DNA from: an uncultured Bermanella sp.
GTDB lineage: Bacteria > Pseudomonadota > Gammaproteobacteria > Pseudomonadales > Oceanobacteraceae
Length of the DNA stretch: 34,827 nucleotides
NCBI GenBank assembly: GCA_913054445.1
Contig: CAJXIK010000001.1
Span: 1-34,827 of the forward strand
Direction of reading: 5' to 3'
The position numbers were made by a program, and so were the translations under genes. This document shows, one piece after another, positions 27,169 through 34,827 of this stretch (position 1 is the stretch's first letter; every line of letters starts with the position of its first letter). The notes under the pieces are model-generated. The model did not search any database. It was given only the letters and a program-made list of their open reading frames with translations, and had not been told where the DNA came from.

Positions 27169-28656
27169 GTGGACTCAATGGATCAAAACCCAGAACTATC
27201 TCGATTACCTTACGGTTTTGCCAAACGCTTTGGCTTAGTGGCCGAATTGCAAGGTGAATCAGGATACCAAGCCTGGTACAAAGATGATGCTCCCGCCCAA
27301 GCCATGACCGAATGCCTGCGCATCCTCGGTGGCCAAGTCAAATTTGAGGCCGTGAGCGACGACGATTTTAGCATCCAGCTGGCGCGCATCTACCAAGAAA
27401 GCGCCGACAGCCGCGAGGCCATGGAAGAGCTGGGCGACGACATGGACCTGGCCAGCCTGGCCAACCTAATCCACGAAACCGAAGACCTTATGGATCAGCA
27501 AGACGATGCCCCCATCGTGCGCCTCATCAATGGCATCCTCACCGATGCCGTTAAGCGCAACGCCTCCGACATTCATATCGAAACTTTCGAGAAACGCCTG
27601 GTCGTGAGGGCACGTGTGGACGGCGTCCTCCAAGAGGTTCTCGAACCCAAGCGGGCGCTGGCGCCATTATTGGTTAGCCGTATCAAGGTCATGTCCAAGT
27701 TGGACATTGCTGAGAAACGCATCCCGCAAGATGGTCGCATCGCGTTGCGCGTGGCGGGGCGCGAGGTGGACGTGCGCGTCTCGACCATGCCCTCCACCCA
27801 TGGCGAACGGGTGGTCATGAGGCTGCTGGACAAACAGGCGGGCCGCCTCAACTTAAAACAGCTGGGCATGAAGGGCGACAACCTCAGTCGCCTGCTGAAC
27901 ATCATCAGTAAACCCCACGGCATCATCCTCGTAACCGGCCCCACCGGTTCGGGCAAGACCACCTCGCTGTATGCCGCCTTAAGTGAATTGAATGACAGCT
28001 CGCGTAACATCCTCACCATCGAAGATCCGGTGGAATACAGTTTACCCGGCATCGGCCAAACCCAGGTCAGCAATAAAGTAGACATGACCTTCGCCCGCGG
28101 CCTGCGCGCCATACTGCGTCAAGATCCAGATGTGGTGATGATCGGCGAGATTCGTGACCGTGAAACGGTGGAGATCGCGGTGCAGGCCTCTCTTACTGGC
28201 CACCTGGTTTTGTCGACCCTGCACACCAATACCGCGGTGGGGGCGGTCACCCGCTTGCAAGACATGGGCATAGAGCCTTTCTTATTGGCTTCGAGCCTAG
28301 TGGGGGTAGTGGCGCAACGACTGGTAAGAACCCTGTGCCAGCAGTGCAAGGTCGAATACGCCGCCGATGACGCCGAGAAAGCCCTATTTGCGCTCGCCCC
28401 CCATGAAAATTTAACCCTCTATCATGCCAAGGGCTGCACCCAATGCAGTGGTACGGGGTACAAAGGGCGTCGTGGTATTTACGAGATTATCGAGGTGGAT
28501 GAGACACTAAAGACCCTAATCCACAACGCCGCAGGGGAACTCGACATAGAAAAATACGCTCGCTCCAAGAGCAACAGCATACAACAAGATGGCCTGCGCA
28601 AAGCCCGTGAGGGTGAGACCACCATAGAGGAAGTGCTCAGGGTCAGTAAGGCTTAA
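27169..28656 (+). CDS. gspE: Type II secretion ATPase
   Basis: RLPYGFAKR N-domain, ASDIHIE, GPTGSGKTT, LRQDPDVVMIGEIRD and CxxC...CxxC. Start is GTG 27169 or ATG 27178. Confidence 0.95.
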   Translation: MDSMDQNPELSRLPYGFAKRFGLVAELQGESGYQAWYKDDAPAQAMTECLRILGGQVKFEAVSDDDFSIQLARIYQESADSREAMEELGDDMDLASLANLIHETEDLMDQQDDAPIVRLINGILTDAVKRNASDIHIETFEKRLVVRARVDGVLQEVLEPKRALAPLLVSRIKVMSKLDIAEKRIPQDGRIALRVAGREVDVRVSTMPSTHGERVVMRLLDKQAGRLNLKQLGMKGDNLSRLLNIISKPHGIILVTGPTGSGKTTSLYAALSELNDSSRNILTIEDPVEYSLPGIGQTQVSNKVDMTFARGLRAILRQDPDVVMIGEIRDRETVEIAVQASLTGHLVLSTLHTNTAVGAVTRLQDMGIEPFLLASSLVGVVAQRLVRTLCQQCKVEYAADDAEKALFALAPHENLTLYHAKGCTQCSGTGYKGRRGIYEIIEVDETLKTLIHNAAGELDIEKYARSKSNSIQQDGLRKAREGETTIEEVLRVSKA

Positions 28657-28657
28657 T

Positions 28658-29872
28658 ATGGCAGTTTTCGAATATGTGGCCCTCAACGAGAAGGGCAAGC
28701 AAAAAAAAGGCATACTGGAAGCCGACAGTCCTCGCCAGGTACGCCAGCAGTTACGTGATAAGCACTGGATGCCCCTGTCGGTGGAAGTCGCTCAGGTAAA
28801 GTCTAATGCTAACCCCTTTGCCAACGTTTTTCGCCGCGGCATCAAGACCGCCGATCTGGCCATGCTCACCCGCCAGTTATCCACCCTAATATCCGCCGGC
28901 CTGCCCATCGAAGAGACTTTAAGGGCCACCGCCGAGCAGACTGAAAAGAAACACATTAAGGCCATGATTCTCGACATTCGCTCGCGGGTGCTCGAAGGCC
29001 ACAGCCTTGCCGCCGCCCTCAACGATTTTGACTACGCCTTCCCCAAACTGTATCGCGCCACGGTGGCGGCTGGTGAACATGCCGGGCACCTAGACACCGT
29101 GCTAAACCGTTTGGCCGACTATATGGAGAGCAGCCAGGTTAACCAGCAAAAAATCAAGCTGGCTGCCGTTTACCCCATTATTCTTTGCATCGTGGCCGTG
29201 GGCATAGTGGTGGGGTTATTAACTTATGTGGTGCCCGACATTGTCGAGGTGTTTGTTAAGAATGGTCAGGCCTTACCGCCCCTCACCGAGGCCATGATTT
29301 CAGCCAGTGACTTCCTGCAAGCCCATGGCTTTTTACTGCTTGTGGTGGTTATTGCCGCCGCTATTGGCTTTAAATGGGCATTGCAGAAAGAACACCTGAA
29401 GCGTCGCTACCATGAAATGATGTTGCACATGCCGTTCTTTGGCAAGATGGTGAAAAGTTTCAATACCTCTAGCTTTATCAGCACTTTGGCCATCTTAAAC
29501 GCCAGTGGGGTGCCCCTAGTGGAAGCCATGAAAATTGCCGCCCAGGTGGTGGGCAACGTGATCATAGAAGAGCGACTGGGGGTGGCCTCGCAACACGTCA
29601 CCGAAGGGGGTAGCCTTCATCAGGCTCTGCAAGAGACCCATGTGTTCCCGCCCATGATGCTGCACATGATTGCCAGCGGCGAAGTAAGCGGCGAGCTAGA
29701 TACCATGCTAGAAAAAACCGCTAAAAATCAAGAAAACGACCTACAGAACACCATCACCACTTTGGTGAGCATGTTCGAACCCATCATGTTACTGGCCATG
29801 GGGGGCATAGTAGTCTTGATCGTCATCGCCATCATGTTGCCAATACTTAACATGAACCAAATGATTAACTAA
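28658..29872 (+). CDS. gspF: Type II secretion inner-membrane platform protein
   Basis: TRQLSTL, AGEHAGHL, YP, SGEVSGEL and EP..LPIL. Confidence 0.95.
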   Translation: MAVFEYVALNEKGKQKKGILEADSPRQVRQQLRDKHWMPLSVEVAQVKSNANPFANVFRRGIKTADLAMLTRQLSTLISAGLPIEETLRATAEQTEKKHIKAMILDIRSRVLEGHSLAAALNDFDYAFPKLYRATVAAGEHAGHLDTVLNRLADYMESSQVNQQKIKLAAVYPIILCIVAVGIVVGLLTYVVPDIVEVFVKNGQALPPLTEAMISASDFLQAHGFLLLVVVIAAAIGFKWALQKEHLKRRYHEMMLHMPFFGKMVKSFNTSSFISTLAILNASGVPLVEAMKIAAQVVGNVIIEERLGVASQHVTEGGSLHQALQETHVFPPMMLHMIASGEVSGELDTMLEKTAKNQENDLQNTITTLVSMFEPIMLLAMGGIVVLIVIAIMLPILNMNQMIN

Positions 29873-29920
29873 CCCACTTTGCTCAACACGCTTATTTTAA
29901 AACTGTCATAAGGACATTGC

Positions 29921-30334
29921 ATGAAAAACCAAAAGGGCTTCACCCTCATCGAAATCATGGTGGTATTGGCCATACTAGCAGGTCTCATCGCCATGGTGGC
30001 CCCCAACATCATCGGCGAAGCCGGGCGCGCTAAGGTAAAGACCGCTAAGGCCGAAATGGCCAATATCGCCTTGGCATTAGACATGTACAAGCTCGATAAC
30101 TTCCGTTACCCAAGCACCTCTCAGGGCATCGAGGCCTTGGCCAGTAAGCCCGCTGGCTCTCCCGAGCCTAAGAATTACAAGGCCGGTGGTTACATGAAAA
30201 AAATGCCGGTGGACCCATGGGGCACGCCGTACCTCTATTTTTCCAAGAAGAGTAACTATGAAATTGTATCGTTAGGGGCCGATGGTGAAGAGGGTGGCGA
30301 AGACGACGCCGCCGATATCAGCAGCAACGATTAG
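29921..30334 (+). CDS. gspG: Major pseudopilin
   Basis: QKG|FTLIE prepilin site, ALDMYKLDN..YP, DPWG.PY and SLGADG. Confidence 0.96.
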   Translation: MKNQKGFTLIEIMVVLAILAGLIAMVAPNIIGEAGRAKVKTAKAEMANIALALDMYKLDNFRYPSTSQGIEALASKPAGSPEPKNYKAGGYMKKMPVDPWGTPYLYFSKKSNYEIVSLGADGEEGGEDDAADISSND

Positions 30335-30341
30335 CAGCCTC

Positions 30342-30896
30342 ATGGCGCAGCGTGGATTCACCCTCATAGAGATACTGGTGGTGCTGGTCATCATCAGCGT
30401 CATCGTCTCTATGGCGGCGATTAATACCGGCACCGACCCTCGTCGCCAGCAACTAATAGCCGAGGCTCAGCGCCTGCGCTTTATCATGGAAGACCTATCC
30501 GAGCGCGCCATCTTCAAAAATATCGACCTCGGTTTCGTGGTGAATAAAACGCAAATCGGTGTGTATGAATACACTCAGGTTACCCCTAAAGATGACAACG
30601 ACCCCGACTCAAAGGCGCTTTATAGCTGGCAGCTGTCCCAGCAAACAACCAATAACCCTATCAAATTATCCGCCCCCGCCATGAGTCTATCCCTGTCTGT
30701 GCAAGGCTTATCCGTGGTCTTGTCCTATGCAGGCACGCAAGGCAGCAAAGAAATAGAGCCGCATTTTTATGCCTATAGCTCGGGTGAACAAGACGTGACC
30801 CGCTTCGAAATCTCCATGGAGGATTTGCAATTTACGAGCACAGTGAAGGGCATGGGAGTGGGGCGGTTTTATACGGGGGGGATCGATGAACCATAA
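30342..30896 (+). CDS. gspH: Minor pseudopilin H
   Basis: Start moved to ATG 30342 (MAQRG|FTLIE). Identity assigned from operon position. Confidence 0.88.
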   Translation: MAQRGFTLIEILVVLVIISVIVSMAAINTGTDPRRQQLIAEAQRLRFIMEDLSERAIFKNIDLGFVVNKTQIGVYEYTQVTPKDDNDPDSKALYSWQLSQQTTNNPIKLSAPAMSLSLSVQGLSVVLSYAGTQGSKEIEPHFYAYSSGEQDVTRFEISMEDLQFTSTVKGMGVGRFYTGGIDEP

Positions 30897-31272
30897 GCAG
30901 AGCGGCTTCACCCTGTTAGAGGTGATGATCGCCATCACTATCTTTGCCATGCTTGCCAGCACCATCTCACAGGTGGCGGCGGTGACTGTGGATAGCCAAG
31001 TGCACCTAGAGAAAAAACTCTTGGCCAGCTGGATCGCCGAAAACGACCTCATTAAGATGCGCTCCCTATCCTGGGACGAGATTAAATCCGGCAAAGACGA
31101 GCTTAAATTCTCGGATCGCCAGTGGCTGCTTAAGCGGGTGGTGACAGACAAAAAAACATTTGCCGGTATTAACCTGCCCATAGAGGTAAGGGAGGTAAGT
31201 GTGTCTGTCTATATTAAGAGCCAGCCAGAACATGCCCTACAAACTTTCGTGGCCTACATAGCCAATGACTAA
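30886..31272 (+). CDS. gspI: Minor pseudopilin I
   Basis: QSG|FTLLE and LEKKLLASWIAEN. Confidence 0.92.
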   Translation: MNHKQSGFTLLEVMIAITIFAMLASTISQVAAVTVDSQVHLEKKLLASWIAENDLIKMRSLSWDEIKSGKDELKFSDRQWLLKRVVTDKKTFAGINLPIEVREVSVSVYIKSQPEHALQTFVAYIAND

Positions 31273-31993
31273 CATGCCTAAATACGCCTCTCAAAACGGC
31301 TTTACCTTATTAGAAGTCTTGCTGGCGGTGAGCATTACCGCCGGCATTGGCATCGGGGCCACGCAATTATTGTCGAGCATAATGGCCACCAGCCAGGCCA
31401 CCGAGCAAAGATTCTTACAGCTAAGGTACATGCAACGCATGGACCTGCTCATGCGCCGTGACTTCTGGCAGGCAGCAGGGCGCGCCATAAAAGATGAATA
31501 CGGCAGCGTTAAACAGGCCCTCACCACAGACTCACATTACCTCGTGGAATTTACCCGCGCCGGGCAGGGGTTAAGGAAGGGTAAGCATCGCGCTAACCTA
31601 CAAAGAGTGGCCTATGCCCTAAGAAGCCACGACAGCGAATTTTGCGCGGATGCCATCAAGGACCCCTCTGCCAGCACCACGGGCAATTGTTTCATTCGCT
31701 TCTTTTGGCCAGTATTAGACCAGGCCTCCGACAGTGCTCCCCCCATAGTGCAGGTATTGCTGGACGATGTGGAGGATGTATCATTTGCTTTTCGGGGTCA
31801 GGCCATCGACTTTGGCAACCCAAATAACACCATCAGAAACGATGACTGGCAGGAAGAGTGGCCCTCGCCCTTCGTGATGCCCAATATGACCCTAGATTTA
31901 GCCCAAGTTAAGGTGACCTACACCCTAAAAAAACTGGGTGAGATCGAAAGAATATACGAGGTGCCGCGTCATGCCTTCATACGCCCCCTATAA
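31265..31993 (+). CDS. gspJ: Minor pseudopilin J
   Basis: QNG|FTLLE, RDFWQ, LQRVAY, FWPVLD and W...WP. Start is 31265 or 31274. Confidence 0.9.
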   Translation: MTNMPKYASQNGFTLLEVLLAVSITAGIGIGATQLLSSIMATSQATEQRFLQLRYMQRMDLLMRRDFWQAAGRAIKDEYGSVKQALTTDSHYLVEFTRAGQGLRKGKHRANLQRVAYALRSHDSEFCADAIKDPSASTTGNCFIRFFWPVLDQASDSAPPIVQVLLDDVEDVSFAFRGQAIDFGNPNNTIRNDDWQEEWPSPFVMPNMTLDLAQVKVTYTLKKLGEIERIYEVPRHAFIRPL

Positions 31994-33071
31994 GCCAAGC
32001 CCCTATAAACAAGGCGGGCTCGCCCTCATCACGGTATTGTTTATATTTGCCTTAGTGTCGCTATTGGCGGTCTCCATGCAAAAAAGGCAGGTCATGAGCA
32101 TGGCCCAGGCCAGCGCCACCTTTAACCGTAGCCAAGCCATGTTGCTGGCGGTCAGCGCCGAAGATGTGGCCAAGGCATTTTTGAAGCTAGACGGCACACG
32201 GGATAATCAAAATAACAAGCCGCTGGACAGTGCGGTGGAGCTGTGGAATAAACCAGTTACCATGCCATTATCCTCTGCCGAAGTGTTTATGAGTATTCGG
32301 GATTTACAGGGTTTGTTTAATCTGAACGCCCTCAGGATGGACCCCAGCGGCACCAATGCCGCCGCGGTCGATAAAGCCCGGGAGCGCTTCGAGAGCTTAT
32401 TAAGCAGCCTGTCCCTGCCTGCCAGCGCCATTCCATCCACCATAGCGCGTGAGACTCAAGATTGGTTCGATATAAATAGTGCGGCAAGCAATACCTATCA
32501 AAATCTCACACCGCCCTACCGAGCGTCAGGCCTTGACTTTAGCCACCCATCCGAGCTGCTATTGTTAGAGAGTATGGACCTCGAAAGCTACCACATCATC
32601 GAACCCTATGTGACGGCGCTACCCTATGGCACACCACTCAACGTCAATACTACCCACGAACATATTTTACAGGCCTGGGACCCCACGTTATCTCTATCTA
32701 AGGCTAAGGCCGTGGTGGCGGTGGCGCGGGCCGGAGAGTGCGGCCCCACATTCAGAGACACCAATGTATTTGCAAGTATCGATGATTTTTGGCAAAACAA
32801 AATCATTGAAGACCAAGTGGACCCGGTTAAAAATGCAAAAGGCCATACAAATTGGGGGCGCGAGGACTTCGCTGTTAAGAGCCAGTACTTCAGTGTGATG
32901 ATCATGATTAAAACAGGACAAGATGCGGATGCCAGCCAATTAATACTGGAGTCCATTATCAAGCGTGACATGGGGCCGGATGGCTTCATTGGCGTGGTCT
33001 ATCGTGACTTCTCGCGTAAACTCGAAGACATAACCACACGCTTAAAAATAATTAACTGCTCACCCACATGA
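31971..33071 (+). CDS. gspK: Minor pseudopilin K
   Basis: Start moved to ATG 31971. QGG|LALITVL (no Glu5, typical of GspK), DLQGLFNLN, SELLL, LNVNT and SQYF. Confidence 0.9.
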   Translation: MPSYAPYKPSPYKQGGLALITVLFIFALVSLLAVSMQKRQVMSMAQASATFNRSQAMLLAVSAEDVAKAFLKLDGTRDNQNNKPLDSAVELWNKPVTMPLSSAEVFMSIRDLQGLFNLNALRMDPSGTNAAAVDKARERFESLLSSLSLPASAIPSTIARETQDWFDINSAASNTYQNLTPPYRASGLDFSHPSELLLLESMDLESYHIIEPYVTALPYGTPLNVNTTHEHILQAWDPTLSLSKAKAVVAVARAGECGPTFRDTNVFASIDDFWQNKIIEDQVDPVKNAKGHTNWGREDFAVKSQYFSVMIMIKTGQDADASQLILESIIKRDMGPDGFIGVVYRDFSRKLEDITTRLKIINCSPT

Positions 33072-33081
33072 AACAAGCCAC

Positions 33082-34236
33082 ATGAAACTACTGCTGCTTA
33101 ACCACACACACGACCCGGCATTGCACCTGCAAGGCAGTGGCCAGCTTACGGATGTGACCGACCTTGCGGTCAACGATGTGATCCTCCTAACCGGCACGCA
33201 ATGCCAAGTGCTTAATGCCCCCATGCCCATCAAGCAGCCAAGGCAGATCATCAAGGCGCTGCCGTTTGCCTTGGAAGATCAGCTGGCCAACGAACTGGAG
33301 CAAAATCACCTGGTTTTTTTGGGGCGTGACAACGGCCAAGCCCATGCCGCCACCATCAGCCACCAGACCATGGCCAGCGTTAGTCAAACCTATCCCGTCC
33401 AGAAGATGTTTTTTGCCCCGTTGTTGCTGCCTTGTCAGCCCGGCGTCACCAGCATCCTCATCGTCAATGGTCAGGCCTGCGTGCGCCTCGGTGAGTGCTC
33501 GGCGTTTAGCGTGCCGCGGGCATTGCTGGCGCTCACCCTTGAAAGGCACTTAGCGCAAGACAACGCCAACGAGGCGGTGACCCTGTGCTTTGCAGAAGAG
33601 TCAGATGAGCTCTTGCATGTTCAACTGGAGAATCTCGGCTTAGCCGTTAGCCGTCAGTCATTTACCGAGGTTTACCAGCACTTAGCCGCACAGGCCAAAC
33701 AGACTAAAAACAACTTATTGAGCGGCCCCTATCAGCCAAAAATCAAAGAGGACAATGCCGCCACGCAGAAGTTTAAGGGCGTATTTATCTTGGCGGCCAG
33801 CGTCTTCGTCATGGTGGTGGCCAGCAACTGGCTGAGTGCAACGCAGCAGAATAACCTGGCCGCCTCGGTGCAGGCCGCGTCCAAGCAGTATTATCAAACA
33901 TTGTTCCCCGATGAGACGGTACGCCGTGGCCTCAAACGCATGTTTAACGACAAGCTCGAGACGGCATCCCCGAGTGCTCAGAGCAGCACCGGTTTCACGC
34001 AGATACTGGCTCAGGCCAGTGCGCAGATTCGCCAGAATAAAGATGCCCAGCTGCAATCGGTGCGCTTCGCCAGCAATAAGGGGGTGTTAGAGATGAGCCT
34101 GTTAACCCTAAACATCGCCCAACTAGACAGCATCAAGCAGCAGTTAGAAAAGAACGGCTTACGGGTGGAAATTGCCTCGGCCAACAATGATGGTAAACGC
34201 ATCAAAGGTTTATTAAAGGTATCTAGCAATGGCTGA
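33082..34236 (+). CDS. gspL: Type II secretion protein L
   Basis: ALPFALEDQLA, NLLSGPY and one transmembrane segment; follows gspK. Confidence 0.88.
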   Translation: MKLLLLNHTHDPALHLQGSGQLTDVTDLAVNDVILLTGTQCQVLNAPMPIKQPRQIIKALPFALEDQLANELEQNHLVFLGRDNGQAHAATISHQTMASVSQTYPVQKMFFAPLLLPCQPGVTSILIVNGQACVRLGECSAFSVPRALLALTLERHLAQDNANEAVTLCFAEESDELLHVQLENLGLAVSRQSFTEVYQHLAAQAKQTKNNLLSGPYQPKIKEDNAATQKFKGVFILAASVFVMVVASNWLSATQQNNLAASVQAASKQYYQTLFPDETVRRGLKRMFNDKLETASPSAQSSTGFTQILAQASAQIRQNKDAQLQSVRFASNKGVLEMSLLTLNIAQLDSIKQQLEKNGLRVEIASANNDGKRIKGLLKVSSNG

Positions 34237-34762
34237 AGTAATAGCACAATTAAAAACGCAGATAGGCCAGCAGGTACAAGCCTCGAGCCTCTATCAATCG
34301 GCTCATACCTGGTTTAACGCGCTCGGCGCACGGGACCAAATCCTGGTTAAGGGGCTCGCGACGCTCGTGGTGCTGGCCTTCATCATCAGCTGGACCTGGC
34401 AGCCCAGTGAGAAGGCACTGAAGCGGGCCGAGACACGTCTGGCCAGCGAGTTAACATTCCACCAAACCATGAAAGAAAATGCGCACCTCTTTGCCACCGC
34501 AAACCCTGCCAGTGGTGCCTCGTTTAAAGGCTCGATACTGAGCCTAGTGAACAACACCGCTAAGGCTAAAAATATTGCCTTAAAACGCTTCGAGCCGGAA
34601 GGCACACGGGGCTTACGCATCTGGTTAGACCAAGCGAATTTTAACTCCGTCATCGACTGGTTAGAACTGTTAGAGACTCAGAAGGGCATCACCATAGAGC
34701 AAATATCCATCGACAAGGTGAGCCCTGGGCGGGTCAATTTAAGGGCCGTGCTAAAGGCGTAG
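34229..34762 (+). CDS. gspM: Type II secretion protein M
   Basis: WFNALGARDQ followed by a transmembrane segment, RFEP, WLD...F..VIDWL and PGRVN. Confidence 0.88.
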   Translation: MAEVIAQLKTQIGQQVQASSLYQSAHTWFNALGARDQILVKGLATLVVLAFIISWTWQPSEKALKRAETRLASELTFHQTMKENAHLFATANPASGASFKGSILSLVNNTAKAKNIALKRFEPEGTRGLRIWLDQANFNSVIDWLELLETQKGITIEQISIDKVSPGRVNLRAVLKA

Positions 34763-34827
34763 GCAAGGGTATTGGTAAACTCTATCAGGGCAATCGCATT
34801 AAAATAAGCACAGGGGTCAATCTGTGG

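Noticed and set aside
10194-31569. Four plus-strand KOPS-like GGGNAGGG (10194, 13819, 23303, 31562), none spotted on the minus strand
   Set aside because: About two per strand are expected by chance in 35 kb, and my scan was not exhaustive.

Overview
Core-chromosome segment of a Gammaproteobacterium. Protein style and gene order resemble Pseudomonas/Oceanospirillales; this taxon call is inference. I support 34 CDS: a DEAD-box helicase, DUF934-cysI, nfuA, purEK, DAHP synthase, a 59-aa excisionase-type HTH gene missing from the ORF track, usp, a TauE/SafE transporter, cysB, cysH, thrH, pabB, ppsR-ppsA, an esterase, rraA, rapA, an HDOD protein, a radical SAM-DUF1285 pair, ETF-QO with etfBA, and a type II secretion operon gspE-M lacking gspC/D. 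I saw no rRNA, tRNA, CRISPR, transposase or integrase. The best leads are the orphan HTH gene, a parS-like 16-mer inside a 36-bp palindrome, a motif shared upstream of cysI, cysH and the TauE gene (candidate CysB regulon), and the coupled radical SAM-DUF1285 pair. I cannot support a clearly novel multi-gene system. Family calls come from remembered motifs; no database search was run.
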